Source of the DNA: Eledone cirrhosa
Taxonomy: Eukaryota
Reading direction: 5' to 3'
Assembly (NCBI GenBank): GCA_964016885.1
Contig: OZ024753.1
Location: 38,564,001-38,628,000, forward strand
DNA length: 64,000 bases
The position numbers and the translations under genes were made by a program. Below the pieces are notes generated by a model. That model ran no database searches. It saw nothing but the letters and a program-made list of their open reading frames with translations, and had not been told where the DNA came from. Each line of letters opens with the position of its first letter. The stretch's first letter is position 1. Shown here piece by piece: positions 30,220 through 46,715 of the stretch.

Positions 30220-30359
30220 GTTTGCCTATATCTGTGTATGTATGTAAGTACATATGTGTGTATATATGTGTGTGTATATATAAGTGTGTGTGTATATAAA
30301 TATACATAAATATATATATATGTATATAAGTATATAAGTCTCTCTCTGTATATATATAC

Positions 30360-30439
<80 letters not shown>

Positions 30440-31224
30440 ATATATGTATATAAGTGTATAAGTCTATATATATATATATATATATATACATATATATATA
30501 CATATATATATATATATATTTACAGAGTGAGAGCGAGAAAGAGTGGTAGAAATGTTCCCCGTAGAGTAACGGAAAGGGACCACATTTAAATAAAGTACTA
30601 AATACATTACATAGCGTATGTACATAATATATTCCAGACAAAATAGACTCCTACATGATTAACACTGTTCCATTCGGTTGAAATCATCAACAGACGTAGA
30701 GCGATAAAATTTCTAAAATATTACACGTTTAAGTCAATTTTAACATGATAAAAAAGAAAGGCACTGAAAACTTTATTGATAATTGATTATTCTTTTATAA
30801 TTGATTATATTGATTATCGATCAGTATTTTCTGCTTATAAACATAAGAGAGCCTCTCTTAAAAAAACAACAACATATTTTTCCAATATAAAATAATATTT
30901 TTGTTTCGTTTGTTCTGTGAACATGTCACAAATATCCAAGTAACATTTGAGAATGTCAGACTACTGTTTTAAGCTTCGTTAATCTTTCATAAGTGACATT
31001 CACTCAATCGGTACTAAGATGAAAATAGACTACAATCTAATAGATTTTCGTTGATGAACATTTGCTGGAGATATTCATTTGCATATAGCAAATAGAAAAT
31101 ATCGACTGGAAGTGTTCATTTGCATATATTGTGAACTTGGCTGGTTATAATTAATAATTGGCAGTGCACTAAGATAGCGTGAATCATAATAAAGGTGAAT
31201 ATGAAAGCATATAAGATGTTTATA

Positions 31225-31346
31225 TAGGGTGACAGAAAAGTCGCGATACATAAAAAAGTAATTATGTTTTAGAAACAATTTATTCAAAATAAATAAATAT
31301 AGAAACTTAAAAATGTCCTATGTATTGCGACTTTTGGGTCACCCTG
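31225..31346. mobile_element. Tc1/mariner-type MITE (122 bp) with TA target duplication
   Basis: TIRs TAGGGTGACAGAAAAGTCGCGATACATA / TATGTATTGCGACTTTTGGGTCACCCTG, flanked by TA. Confidence 0.8.
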
Positions 31347-31439
31347 TATTTAATAAACATATGATAGCGTCATTAACAAAGAAAAATATTTTTTTTTGTT
31401 ATGAAAAAAGTATTTTCCTTTCTTTTACTCAATGGATAT

Positions 31440-31590
31440 GTCAGATATTTCAGAAGTTGCGAGAATGCATTGGTCAAGACAAAGGCTATAGAAGAAGACC
31501 CTTGTCCAAGTTGTGAGGCAAGGCGACTAAATCAGAAAACATATGGCTATGAGGTGAACTCCTTAATCACACAGTCATGCCTGCACCTGT
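31440..31590 (-). mobile_element. tRNA-derived SINE family 3 (degenerate)
   Basis: Minus strand AGGTGCAGGCATGACTGTGTGATTAAG...CTTGGACAAGGGTCTTCTTCTATAGCC, resembling a recalled octopus SINE head plus CORE-like box. Confidence 0.55.
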
Positions 31591-31952
31591 TTACTATATG
31601 AAACTACCAACAACATCAGTACAAACATCATTTAGACACTGCAGCGTAGGTTTAACACCATTTCAATGTATTTCTATCTTATACTAAATATATAGCGAAA
31701 CATATTGAATGTTTTGGAGATTAAATATTGGATGGGAAAATCTCCGTTCTTGTAGTAAAAGGAATCAAAAGCATCTGGGTTTCAAAACTGCCAAGAAACT
31801 ACATCTTTTCAAACTCCCCTGAGTAGCCGAGGCTTCATACATTACGTTTTCCGGGATAAAGTTTCGCACAGTACATGACTCTGTAATGGCTGCTCCTAAC
31901 ATCAGAATGCCATCCATTCATCAGAAAATATCCACTAAGTTTCTAACTATAT

Positions 31953-32092
<140 letters not shown>

Positions 32093-32373
32093 AGCCGAGA
32101 ACGATTTGGGAGCTCGAGGGAGATGTTCAGATATTCCTCAGCCAGTTGGATGGCAGACGGTTGCCGAGAATTAAAACTGGTAGTTTATGTTGTTAGATCC
32201 AGAAGTCCGACCGCCATTAGCATCTCCCGAGACAAATGAAAGAAATTCATTGCTCTTCTTTTTCCTGCAGATTTGTACCCTATGTGCGCCACCCCCTCCC
32301 AAACACACAGCGTTTATATATATATATAAATATCTATAAATATATATACATATATAATATATGTATAAATGTG

Positions 32374-32475
<102 letters not shown>

Positions 32476-32810
32476 ATATTTTCTATTGGAGTAATGCTTT
32501 CCATGTTCAATATTTTGTTAAAGAAATATTTGGCGAAGATATCCCGCAAATGGCAGTCATTACACAAATATGTGTTTAAACGTGGCTTGTTGTTTAGTTA
32601 AATTTGCTGCTGGTCAAATGGTTTATATATATGTCTCTACTAGATCATGAGTCAAAATCATAAGTCATAATATATGTCCAACTGACCAACACCCAGCAGC
32701 AGCAACAACAGCAACAACAACAGCAACAGCAATATAAGGCGTAGTCTAGATAGTTGAAAGGTCGAATAAATTTGATAACCTAATCTACACGAACACTATA
32801 TAAACTGTGA

Positions 32811-32890
<80 letters not shown>

Positions 32891-32902
32891 GGAGAGAGTG
32901 CA

Positions 32903-33001
<99 letters not shown>

Positions 33002-33041
33002 TATGTATGTATATATATATATATATATATGTATGTATATA

Positions 33042-33072
<31 letters not shown>

Positions 33073-33091
33073 GTATATATATATACATATA

Positions 33092-33129
<38 letters not shown>

Positions 33130-33545
33130 GAAAGAGAACAATATTTGTTTGCTCGCCGAAGAGAGCTGCTGATATTATATTTCGGAAATATTCTCCGTGA
33201 GAAGATTTGATCATACACATACACTCATGCATATATACACGCACCCACCCATCCACACACACGGATACACAAAAAACATATACGCATACACACAAATGCA
33301 CATTCACACACTCAAACACAAACACACAAAGTCACGTATGAAACAGTTCTAGTCCTGTAGAAGCTATTTCTATATTAAATATGTATACTCTGCTTTGTAT
33401 TGAGTAACTTACTTACTGTGGTTACCCCCGATTGAACCCGGGATAAACTTATATATGTGTAAAAGGTAAACAGAAATAACAACATAATTGGTACAGTATA
33501 TGGAAGGGATATATAAGGTTAACGCTTGATATAGCAGGAAAAGGG

Positions 33546-33581
33546 TCTTAACGTTTCGGACGCTAGTCCTTCATCAGAAGA
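33546..33581 (-). ncRNA. Minimal Penelope-type hammerhead ribozyme
   Basis: TCTT-CTGATGA-A-GGAC-TAGC-GTCC-GAA-ACGT-T-AAGA. All stems intact, palindromic stem III. Confidence 0.82.
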
Positions 33582-33666
33582 AAGAATGAGAAATAAGAGA
33601 GATTGAGGGGACGGGCGAGTTGGAATTGGAAAAGATGATATATATATATATATATATATGTGTATA

Positions 33667-33713
<47 letters not shown>

Positions 33714-33765
33714 CAGAATTAGCCGTCGAAACGGCTTGAGCTCAGCTGTCGGGGTCTTACTGGTT

Positions 33766-34138
<373 letters not shown>

Positions 34139-34304
34139 TAGATAGATAAATATACACGGGTGTGTATGATTGTGTATAGAAGATTGTATTAATAAAAGGA
34201 ATTCCAACTTTGTCTGATTTACTCGTTTTATTTACAATCCTTTAAAATTTATAATGGTATTATAATGAAATAGTATGATATAATGTTAAATGTTAAGTGT
34301 TAAT

Positions 34305-34343
34305 TGAACAAGTACTTTCATGCTTTCGCAATCTTCAGGTTCA
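34305..34343 (-). ncRNA. 39-nt minimal hammerhead ribozyme
   Basis: TGAAC-CTGAAGA-T-TGC-GAAA-GCA-T-GAA-AGTACT-T-GTTCA: 5-bp stem I, GNRA-capped stem II, palindromic stem III. Confidence 0.8.
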
Positions 34344-34707
34344 TAATGTGTGGTGACAGTCAAGTTTGCAATTTTCAACTGTAATGAGATGGGTAAATTT
34401 TGTACCTTATATACAGTGAAAAGTGGCTCCAGAATGCTAAATCTTGCAAACTGTATTTCGACCAATCGGTGTGTAGTTTCACTGAATTACTAAAGCTGAT
34501 TGGTTTAGGCGTCACGGTTGGTTGAGCATGTCTAACGACCACTAATTGATCCTATCCAAAGCATCACTTGTTTTGCTATTTTTAGAAATGATGAAAATAG
34601 CATTTTCTAGTAATCATCACTATCAACATCACTTTTATTATTATTATTATTGTTGTTGTTATTATATATATATATATATAATATTCTATTATATTATATA
34701 TATATAG

Positions 34708-34897
34708 GGCGGTGGATTGGCAGTATCGGTAGAGGGTCCGGACGTCATGCTTTGTAGCAAAGAGTTACGACCCTTTATGGTCTGAGTTCAAATCTCGCCG
34801 AGGTTAACTTTGCCTTTCATCCTTACGGGGTCGGTAAAATAAAGTACCAGTAATGTACTGGGTAATTGCTGGCCTTGTGCCAAACGTAGAAACAATT
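34708..34897 (+). mobile_element. SINE family 1, near full length
   Basis: GGCGGTGGATTGGCAGTATCGGTAGA (A box), GAGTTCAAATCT (B box), TTTGCCTTTCATCCTTACGGGGTCGGTAAAATAAAGTACCAG. Confidence 0.88.
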
Positions 34898-34923
34898 ATA
34901 TTATATATATCTATATAAAATAG

Positions 34924-34960
<37 letters not shown>

Positions 34961-34964
<4 letters not shown>

Positions 34965-35101
34965 AACAAGAAAGACCCCGACGGCTGAGCTCGAGCCGTT
35001 TCGACGGGGTCTTACTTGTTCCTATTACCCACTCTACTACCCTAAGTATTGAGTACTTTGGTGCGTTATGGTCCACCTGGTTCCTTACCACATTTCTTTC
35101 G

Positions 35102-35103
<2 letters not shown>
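34961..35103. mobile_element. Fold-back copy of the half-hammerhead family between TA tracts
   Basis: TAGGAACAAG..ACCCCG / CGGGGTC..CTTGTTCCTA inversion, then the family 3' tail shared with 61620-61708. Confidence 0.8.
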
Positions 35104-35147
<44 letters not shown>

Positions 35148-35643
35148 CTATTTTATATATATATATATTATATAATAAAATCTCTGAAGAAGTGACAACT
35201 GATTATACATTTGCTATCGAATACTTGCTAACATTATATGATTACGCAAGCAACGATACATAGGTATTCCGTCTGTTACAGAAACATATGTCAATACCTA
35301 ATAAATTCCTTTTTAAAAAAAGCACTTTCATTTTATATTCATCTTTTCTATATATATATGTAATCGTGTGTGTGCTTGTGAATGCGATTGCATGTATACT
35401 TGTATGTTTACGTATGCATGTACGTCTTTATGTATGTCTCTGCGTGTGTATGTATGAGACAGTATGTGTGCTGTTGCAATATCAGTGTGTAAATATGTGT
35501 GTGAAGCCATGAACCAATGAAAATCTCTAAACCTTTGAAGGTACAAAAGAAACAAACGGTTGAGAGGTGAATTAAAACTTTTCCAAACGACAAAACTGGA
35601 AAAATTTAATACAACATATAAAATATAAATGAAATTAACTAGC

Positions 35644-35680
<37 letters not shown>

Positions 35681-35772
35681 TAAAGAGAGAGAGAGAGAGA
35701 GAGGGGGGAGAGAGAAAGAGAGGAGAGATACATAAATATATATATATAGATATATATGTATCTATATATATG

Positions 35773-35824
<52 letters not shown>

Positions 35825-35985
35825 AATAAATATATATATATATAGGGAGATATATACATACATACATATATATATATACATATATTAGTATATGTATACA
35901 TATATATGTATATATATATGTATACATATATATGTATATATATACATATATATATGTATATATATATATATATGTATATATATAC

Positions 35986-36036
<51 letters not shown>

Positions 36037-36057
36037 TATATACATATATATATATAC

Positions 36058-36094
<37 letters not shown>

Positions 36095-36138
36095 TATATG
36101 TATGTATATATATATAGATATAGATATAGATATATGTA

Positions 36139-36192
<54 letters not shown>

Positions 36193-36277
36193 CATATATA
36201 TATGTATGTATATGTATATGTATACATATATATATGTATGTATATGCATATATATATGTATGTATACGTATATATAT

Positions 36278-36366
<89 letters not shown>

Positions 36367-36616
36367 TATATATATATATCACAGAAAGAATTAAAAAAAT
36401 GTCTAACCGCTTGGTTGGGGAGAAAAGATACAAGAAGGTATAGGAATAGAATAATTTCCCCCCCTCTACCTCTCCCCCCTCTACCTATTCCCCCCTCTTT
36501 CTCCCTTCTCTACCTATTCCCCCATCTTTCTCCCCCCCCCCTCTACCTCTTCCGATAAAACAAAAACAAGAATGAACAATGACAGCAAGAGCAAATAAAA
36601 TCAAATGTAATATGAA

Positions 36617-37690
36617 ATACACACACACAAACACACACATACTCATACACACATACTCATACACACATACTCACACACAAACACACACATACTCACACAT
36701 AAACACACACATACTCACACATACTCATACATACTCACACACAAACACACACATCCTCATACACACATACTCACACACAAACACACACATACTCACACAT
36801 AAACACACACATACTCACACACACTCACACAAACACATATACACACACACAAACAAACGCACACTCACACACAAACGCACACACACACTTTCACATACAT
36901 ACACACAAACATGCACACACACATCTAAACTCACACACACACATTCATACATACACACATTCACACACTGTTTCACATACACACACTCACAGATTCATAC
37001 ATACCCACGCACACATTCATATATACACACATGCACACACTGTTTCACATACACACACTCACAGATTCATACATACACACGCACACATTCATACATACAC
37101 ACATACACACACTTTTTCACATACACAAGCACACATTCATACATATACACATACACACACTGTTTCACATACACACGCACATATTCATACATACGCACCT
37201 ACACACACTGTTTCACATACACACACACACATTCATACATACACACATACACACACTGTTTCACATACACACGCACCCATTCATACATACACACATACAC
37301 ACACTGTTTCACATACACACACGCACAGATTCATACATACACACATACACACGCTCTTTCACATACACACACGCACACATTCATACATGCACACAAACAC
37401 GCACTGTTTCACACACACACACGCACAGATTTATACATACACACGCACACAGTCATACCTGCACACATACACACACGCACAGATTCATACATACACACAT
37501 ACACACGCTCTTTCACATACACACACGCACACATTCATACATGCACACATACACGCACTGTTTCACACACACACACACGCACAGATTTATACATACACAC
37601 GCACACATTCATACATTCACACATACACACACTGTTTCACATACACACGCACACATTCATACACACACATACACAGATACACACACTGCC
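36617..37690. repeat. CA-rich minisatellite (CTGTTTCACATACACACGCACACATTCATAC units)
   Basis: Periodic. Explains the 374-aa and 239-aa low-complexity ORFs. Confidence 0.9.
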
Positions 37691-37856
37691 CCCTACACAA
37701 TAACCCAACCTCCCAAACAATCACCGGACGCCATTCCTACCCACTGCTAACCATAATTGAAGGTGTTCAATGTAATTTTACCAACAACTCAAGTATTTCA
37801 TTTTTTCCTGGCTTCCATTTTAATCAGAATAAAAAAATATTAATTTACATTCTACC

Positions 37857-38895
37857 ACACATACACACATACAAATACGTATATACATACACACACACAC
37901 TCACACATATACAGATACAAATACATATATACATACACACACACTCACACATACACACATACAAATACATATATATACACACACACACTCACACATACAC
38001 ACATACAAATACATATATACATACACGCACACTCACACATACACACATACAAATACATATATATACACACACACACTCACACACATACAAATACATATAT
38101 ACATACACACACACACTCACACATACAAATACATATATACATACACACACACACTCACACATACACACACAAATACATATATACATACACACACACACTC
38201 ACAAATACACACATACAAATACATATATACATACACACACTCACACATACACACATACAAATACATATATACATACACACACACACTCACACATACAAAT
38301 ACATATATACATACACACACACACTCACACATACGCATACAAATACATATATACATACACAGACACTCACACATACACACATACAAATACATATATACAT
38401 ACACGCACACACTCACACATACACACATACAAATACATATATATATACACGCACACACTCACACATACATACATACAAATACATATATACATACACACAC
38501 ACTCACAGATACACACATACAAATACATATATACATACACACACACTCACAAATACACACATACAAATACATATATACATACACACACACTCACACATAC
38601 AAATACATATATACATACACACATACACTCACACATACACACATACAAATAAATATATACATTCACACATACACACATACATTACATACATACATACACA
38701 CACACACTCACACATACACACATACAAATACATATATACATACACACACACTCACACATACAAATACATATATACATACACACATACACTCACACATACA
38801 CACATACAAATACATATATACATACACACACACTCACACATACACACATACAAATACATATATATATACACACACGCACTCACACATACACACAT
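37857..38895. repeat. CA/TA minisatellite (ACATACAAATACATATATACATACACACACACTCAC units)
   Basis: Periodic. Explains the 421-aa ORF. Confidence 0.9.
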
Positions 38896-38971
38896 ATATA
38901 TATAGTGTATCTCTCTTTCACAGCTTCTGTCTGTTTCTCTCTTTCTATCTCTCTCCTGTTCACTCCATAGA

Positions 38972-39045
<74 letters not shown>

Positions 39046-39156
39046 ATATGTATGTATATATGTATGTATATGTATATATATATATATATTATATATATTG
39101 TTATACTTTGGGAGGGTCATGTTGCCAATAATTCATGTTACAAACAAATTCAGAAA

Positions 39157-39245
<89 letters not shown>

Positions 39246-39300
39246 GAGAGAGAGAGCGAGAGAGAGAGAGAGAGATATTTATATATATATATATATATAT

Positions 39301-39441
<141 letters not shown>

Positions 39442-39491
39442 TATATGTATGTATATATTTATATATATATATATATATAAATATCTATCTA

Positions 39492-39545
<54 letters not shown>

Positions 39546-39977
39546 CAACTTCCTAAGTACTGGAAGTTTCCCGAAACAAGCCGATGTTATTGATGTTTCG
39601 TTCGTCAGCTTTTCTCCCCCTCTCTCTATATTTGGAATATATATTCCATATATATTCCATATATATTCCATATATATGGAATATATATGGAATATATATG
39701 AAATCAATTTGATTTTTCTACGAAAAGCTGCCACAATACATATGTTAACTATAAAATAATTGATTAAAACATTGAGTTGCCTTGGGAGACGGAGCAAAAT
39801 GTCTTCAAGAGTAACAGTTGATTTATTTCACTATTTTATAGTTAATATATGCGTTGCAGCAGCTTTGTACCAGCTTTTAGTACGAAAAGCATATCGGTTT
39901 CAAATTTTCAAAGTTGCCCAATAGTTTCGTAAATTTGTCGATTTAAATACACACACACACACGCGCGCACACACACA

Positions 39978-40048
<71 letters not shown>

Positions 40049-40165
40049 GTATATATGTATGTAAAGTTCTCTTCCTTTCCATCTATCGAACATCTTTTTC
40101 TCACATCATCTCAACCTTGCATTGTTGTTGCTTGCTGTTGTTGTTGTTGTTGTTGTTGTTGTTGC

Positions 40166-40205
<40 letters not shown>

Positions 40206-40316
40206 CTTCTTCTTCTTCTTCTTCTTCTTCTTCTTCTTCTTCTTCTTCTTCTTCTTCTTCTTCTTCCACACACACACATATATATATACATACATAAACA
40301 TATATACCCCCCCCAC

Positions 40317-40389
<73 letters not shown>

Positions 40390-41635
40390 AGAGAGAGAGT
40401 GACAGAAAGAAAAGAGTGTAGCTGGTGCAGCAGCAGCAGCAGCAGCAAAGCCAGTTTTGCTACTGGTAGTTCAGTTCCAATACTGTATACTGTGAAGAAG
40501 AAGAAGAAGAAGAAGAAGAAGAACAAAAAGAAGAAGAAGAAGAAGAAGAAGAAGAAGAAGAAGAAGAAGAAGAAGAAGAAGAAGAAGAAGAAGAAGAAGA
40601 AGAAGAAGAAGAAGAAGAAGAAAACGAAGGAGGTGGAGGCGGAGGAGGAGTAGGTTGACGACGACGAAGAATAAAGCGCATACTTCAGTAGAGTATGTTC
40701 AAAAGGAAAAACACAATAAAAACGTGAAAAGAGTCTTCGATGCGTATTAGTTCAGTTAATAGAGTAGAAATTCAATAGAACGCTCTATAATCTAGCGCCG
40801 GCAAAGATCGCCATTTAACACTGGAATCGTAGTGCCATAACAACAAGGATCTTTTTGCTTCGGTGCTTATAGACATAGAGAAGGAGTTTAAAATAGGAAA
40901 ATAACAAAAAAAAAAAATAATAACAAAAACAACAAAAAAACCCTGACAAACAAATAAATAAACAAACGAACAAAAAATACCCCAAAAAATCAAACAAACA
41001 AACACCCCCCCCCCATACAACAATAACAACAAAATCTAATTAGGCAAATTAGGGAAGAGAGATATAGAGTAAAAGTTGGCATGAAAGACAAAACAGTGTG
41101 CCAAGACTTGAAGACGTTAAAGGAAGATGTGTCTGAAAATCTCATTTGCATAATAACACACCTCGCAGGCAAATAATCAATGGCGGGAAAAAGAAAAAAA
41201 AAAGGCGGGCTTTCTGCATTGAACAAACCTGTGAAACGGTTCCGACAACGAAAATAGCGAACGATGGAAGGAAGGAGAAATGAGGAAGGAGGAAAGAAGA
41301 AAGAGAAAGAAGAAAGAAGAAAGAGGTAAGAGGTAAGAAGGAACGAGACGGGTGGATGACGGGAGAAAGAAGAGGAGGAGGTGAAGATGTAGAAGAGAAA
41401 GAAGAAAAAAAGATGTAAAAGAAAACGACGTAGAAGATAAAGAAGGAGGCAAAGAAGAAGAAGAAGAAGAAGAAGAAGAAGAGAAGAAGAAGAAGAAGAA
41501 GAAGAAAATGAAGAAGAAGACGAAGAAGAAGAAGAAGAAGAAGAAGAAGAAGAAGAAGAAGAAAGAAGAGGAAGTAGGAGTAGAAGAAGAAAGGGATGAA
41601 AAAAGAACGAGGAAATCAAAAAGAAGTAATGTTAC

Positions 41636-41668
<33 letters not shown>

Positions 41669-41763
41669 AAGGGGGAGGGGTGAAAAGGAAACGATAGAAA
41701 AATGAATAAGAAAAGAGGTAGAGAAAGAGAAAGAGAAAGAGAGAGAGATAGAAAAAGAAACGA

Positions 41764-41833
<70 letters not shown>

Positions 41834-42048
41834 TAAAAAGGAACCAGCAGGCTGCAAAAAGAAATGAGCAGTGAATTGGTTGGTCATTTGCTAACGATTC
41901 CTACACCCTACTAATTATTTCTCAGTTGCTTGATGACTCTTGACTAATGAGTCGGGTGATGCTGGTTCGAGATGAACCGAAGCTAGCCGTTCAGTTGAGG
42001 AAGAAGAAAAGATGATACAGGCATCGGTTATTCTTCACTGCATACATA

Positions 42049-42153
<105 letters not shown>

Positions 42154-42251
42154 TGGATATATATACATAATATATATATATGTATATTTATATATATATA
42201 CATAATATATATATATGTATATATACATGTATATATATATATATATGCATG

Positions 42252-42285
<34 letters not shown>

Positions 42286-42632
42286 GACATATGCGTGTAT
42301 ATTTATTATGATTATTATTCTTTAATGTTTCCTCCCATTTTTCTTATCGTTTTCTTTTCTGTTTCCTTTCAAATTATTATTTTTTTTACATCTTTTTATT
42401 CCGTCGCCATTTTCTTTCCTTTTCACGCATCTTGATTTTTTGGTTTTTATATAACTATTATGTTGTTCAGTCCTCCTTCTTTGACAAAGTATATTCTCTT
42501 TAAATTACAAGGTCTTAGCAGCAAAGCAAAGCTAACTTATACCGGCACACAATGTGCCAGCAATCAGTGAGATATATATATATATATATATTTATATATC
42601 TATATATCTATCTATATATATATATATATATA

Positions 42633-42701
<69 letters not shown>

Positions 42702-43364
42702 TAGAACCCAACGAAAAAGAACCGCCCTTGAATTCGATACAGAAGCTCATTGAAGGAGAGAAACATAGTAGCTCATTTGCCAGATGTAGCCCGTTCTTTT
42801 TGTTCGTTTGCCTGTTTGTTTTTACTATCTTCCCAAACGTCTTCTATTCTTCTTTCACCTTTCATTATTTTATATTTATTTATTTATATATCTATTTATT
42901 TATTCATTGTTTCTTTTCCGCCATTGCCATTTCTGGTATTTTTTTTTTTGTTTGCTTCTATTCTTAAAAAAGCAACAACAACCACAAAATAAAACAAACC
43001 TTAAAAAACAAAAAACATTATTTTTTGCCGCTCTATTCTTTTCTATTCAAGAAAGAAAAGAAAAAGATGATAACAACCCTAACTCTTATAAAGAAAAGTA
43101 TACAAAATGAAAGCCCAGAAAACAAAACGCAAAAAAAAAAAAAAAAATGAACAGGATATTTTATGGGAGTTCAGAGCGTTGACTTAGCATAAAATGGTGG
43201 ATCACCAGAATAATTGTCTGCCACTAGTTTCGTGTCGTCACCTTAGAGCCCTGTGTTCAAACTGAGTCATAGTAACAAATATCTTCTTTGTTGTTCTCAT
43301 TCGGTCGGAATCAACTATATAACTATAAGTAATACACTGGTGTATCATACATACAGTAGGCTGA

Positions 43365-43395
<31 letters not shown>

Positions 43396-43529
43396 TGTAT
43401 GTATGTATGTATGTATGTATGTATGTATGTATGTATGTATGTATGTATGTATGTATGTATATATATACTTATATGTACATATGCATGTATATATATATAT
43501 ATATATACACACGCATGCACATGCATAAG

Positions 43530-43634
<105 letters not shown>

Positions 43635-44150
43635 GAGTATTGAAGTTTGCTTGAAGCATTGTGAAATAATAAATTCTTTTTGGGGGGATCGTTTTGGAAA
43701 CCTTAACAGTGCAGATGGGTAAATCTCCGGGTAACAGAATCCGGTGGTGAAGAGAGAGAGATGTAAGGGAATGTAGAATGAGATGTATAGTGTGTAGAGG
43801 AACGTAGGAAAGAGCGTAAAAAATAAAAATAATAACACGAGATAGAGTTACATTGGGAGAGATTTAATTGTCCCTATATTTCGGATTCGTATCCATCAAC
43901 TGGAAAACCCCCAGTTGATGGATGCGAATATATCCTCGGTTGAGCACTCTATTGACTTATATTCATCATGCAGAAACAACATCTGAATATTTCTACAAAG
44001 AACATACCCGTAACAAGCAAGAAAACATACCTAAAACTCCTGATCTTTGCCAAGGAACGTTTCGACGAACCAAAGTATCGTCTTCCTGTTTTCCTTCGGT
44101 TGCAACGTTTTTTGAAATATTTACTTCTGCGTTCACAGATTGACTTTTTT

Positions 44151-44201
44151 AGTTTCAGAAGATCCCGTTAAGGGTGAAAGCAGCGATTCTTTGCTTAAAC
44201 T
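44151..44201 (+). ncRNA. Hammerhead-fold RNA with variant core CAGAAGA
   Basis: AGTTT-CAGAAGA-T-CCC-GTTAA-GGG-T-GAAA-GCA..TGC-TT-AAACT. Identical copy at 62334-62384 (-). Confidence 0.65.
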
Positions 44202-44222
44202 TTAATCTGTTATTTTAATAAA

Positions 44223-44277
<55 letters not shown>

Positions 44278-44399
44278 ATACTTTGGGAGGGTCATGTTGC
44301 CAATAAGAAACACACGCACCAGTTACTTTCACTTCAATTTATTATATATTTATAAATTTATAAATTTACAAATCTACAAACTTATAAATTTCAGAAACG

Positions 44400-44494
<95 letters not shown>

Positions 44495-45092
44495 CACATA
44501 CATATATATATATATTTATATATGCTTTCCCTTCTTGCTTCCTTCGAAATTTCACCTATTCGCAGGGTCAAGGTGCGTTAATGATACATGTGTTTATGGA
44601 GTGCTCGGCCACTTGCATGTTAATTTCCTCAGGAGATTGTTCCTTTGCCGATCTATCGAACAACTGAATCACTCATCGTCATAACCGACGAAAGATGGTT
44701 CAACACGCCGATCACATGATCCTCAGTGGAGAACAGACACTCAAAATTGTGAAATGTGGCCAGTCTCATAGTCCAGCACTCCCAAACGAACATAATCTGT
44801 TGGCCATGACGTAAAGAGGCCGGAATTTTGTTGACTTGGCCACCTACCACATGTAGTTATCTAGTGTTGTAATATAAGGAGTTCTATAACGAAACACACC
44901 TAGCTACTGCCTAACAAGTTTGTTTAGGTGTCAAATAAACAAAACTATTGTCGTGAAACTAATCTGTTAGTTTTTTTTTAAGTATGACTCATTTAAATTA
45001 ATTTGTCAGAAGTATTTTTATATTCCACACCATTTGATAGTAAAACGCCTGAAGCTGCCGCTGATTTTACGACACCGACTGATTATTTTAAA

Positions 45093-45485
45093 GTGTTTAT
45101 GCACTTATCTAAAAACCTACCATCATAATTTTATGTGAGAACGTTTGTTAAATTATGTTCCAAACACCAACTTAATAATGAGAAAATTACTTATATTATT
45201 AGATCATTTCAAATTCTCGATTATTTTCTAAACTAATTGAAAATTATATGCAGTGTCTTTCATTAGAAATATGGAAACCAAAGGGTTAAGATGTTTATAT
45301 TTATCTAACAACCTTTCATCATAATTTTATGTAAGAACCTTTGTTAAGTTATGCCCCAAACTCTTGCTTAATCGTTAAATAGTTAGTTATATTAGTAAAT
45401 CATACTAAATTCCTGATTATTTTCAAAATTATTTGAAAATCATAGGCAGTATTTTTCATTAGAAATATCGCAACGAAAGGGCTAA
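45093..45485. mobile_element. Two tandem ~197-bp copies of a piggyBac-like MITE end
   Basis: Diverged direct duplication. Units end in AAAGGGTTAA / AAAGGGCTAA (CCCTT-type terminus plus TTAA). Confidence 0.55.
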
Positions 45486-46682
45486 ACACACAACTTCATA
45501 CAATAGGAAGGTTTCCTTTTGATGACATCGTTTAAGTCTGGATGCCAAACGAACCGACCTGCACTGTGGTGTTAAGATATTATGTCTATAACCATAGATA
45601 CCTATTGATTACCAAATGAAGCTTTCCTACCAATCATCTATTGATGGTTACCTACTGATCATTAATTGATCGATACAAACTGATCATCACTTGATGGTTA
45701 CAAACTTATCATCTATCGACATCTACAAATACCGATTGAACATCGATCAACAGATGCCAACTAATCACCTATTGGTAAATTGATAATATATTGATCATAT
45801 ATTGATTATTGTCAAAGTTTACGAAGAGTTGAAAACAAATTCTTGTTCTTTTGTTGCTTTATTGGTTTCAGTCATTAGACTGCAGAGATGCTCGGGCACC
45901 GCCTTCATTTAGTCTCCCCCAAATTGTTGACCTTGTTCTTAAATGAGAAACAATTATGTGTGATAGTCTAGTGTTGTGTGAAATAAAAGCTTGTGAAGTG
46001 AACTTCTTAACTATTCAATCATGTCGACAACTACAGAACTATCAACAAGAATTGATAACAACATTCTATTACATACACCAAATCCTTTTAAATTTTACAA
46101 TTTCTTCATATATTCGTTCCTCTGTCCCTAGATATTCTAAAACCAATATTACATAAATTATATCTCAACGATTCATTCATAGTTCTTCCCCACCAGCCAA
46201 CTAGCCAGCCACCCAACCACTTCCTCGTCCCGTCAAATTAGTTAGTAACGAACTTAAAATATAGCGCTTAGGGAGTTTAAAATGTATGTAATTCCATTAA
46301 GAGATATTCCAATATTGCAATGATGATCTTCAGCAAAAGGTTATAAAGTTAATTGCTAGCAAATCACATAAATTTATACTTCTATATATTTCCAATACGT
46401 TGTAAGCAATATGAAAATTGGATTTCTCTTTTGATGATACATTAGTTACTTTTATAAGTTCAGTAAAAGGTTACTAGTTTTATTATACAAACGTTTTACT
46501 TTTACATCAGTAGATTTAGGATGAGGGTGAAAATGGTTTCAGGGTTTAGATTCAAATACTCTTATATTAAATTCGCCTTTGCTTGATTAACGATTAACGA
46601 TTTATGGTAAAATTGAAATTCTAATAACATTTTCTAAATCTCAACCAAATTAGTTTCGCTTTGGAATGCTAAAGGCAACTAT

Positions 46683-46715
<33 letters not shown>

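Noticed and set aside
31401-31601. Cys-containing ORF with possible splice sites
   Set aside because: It overlaps the antisense strand of a SINE.
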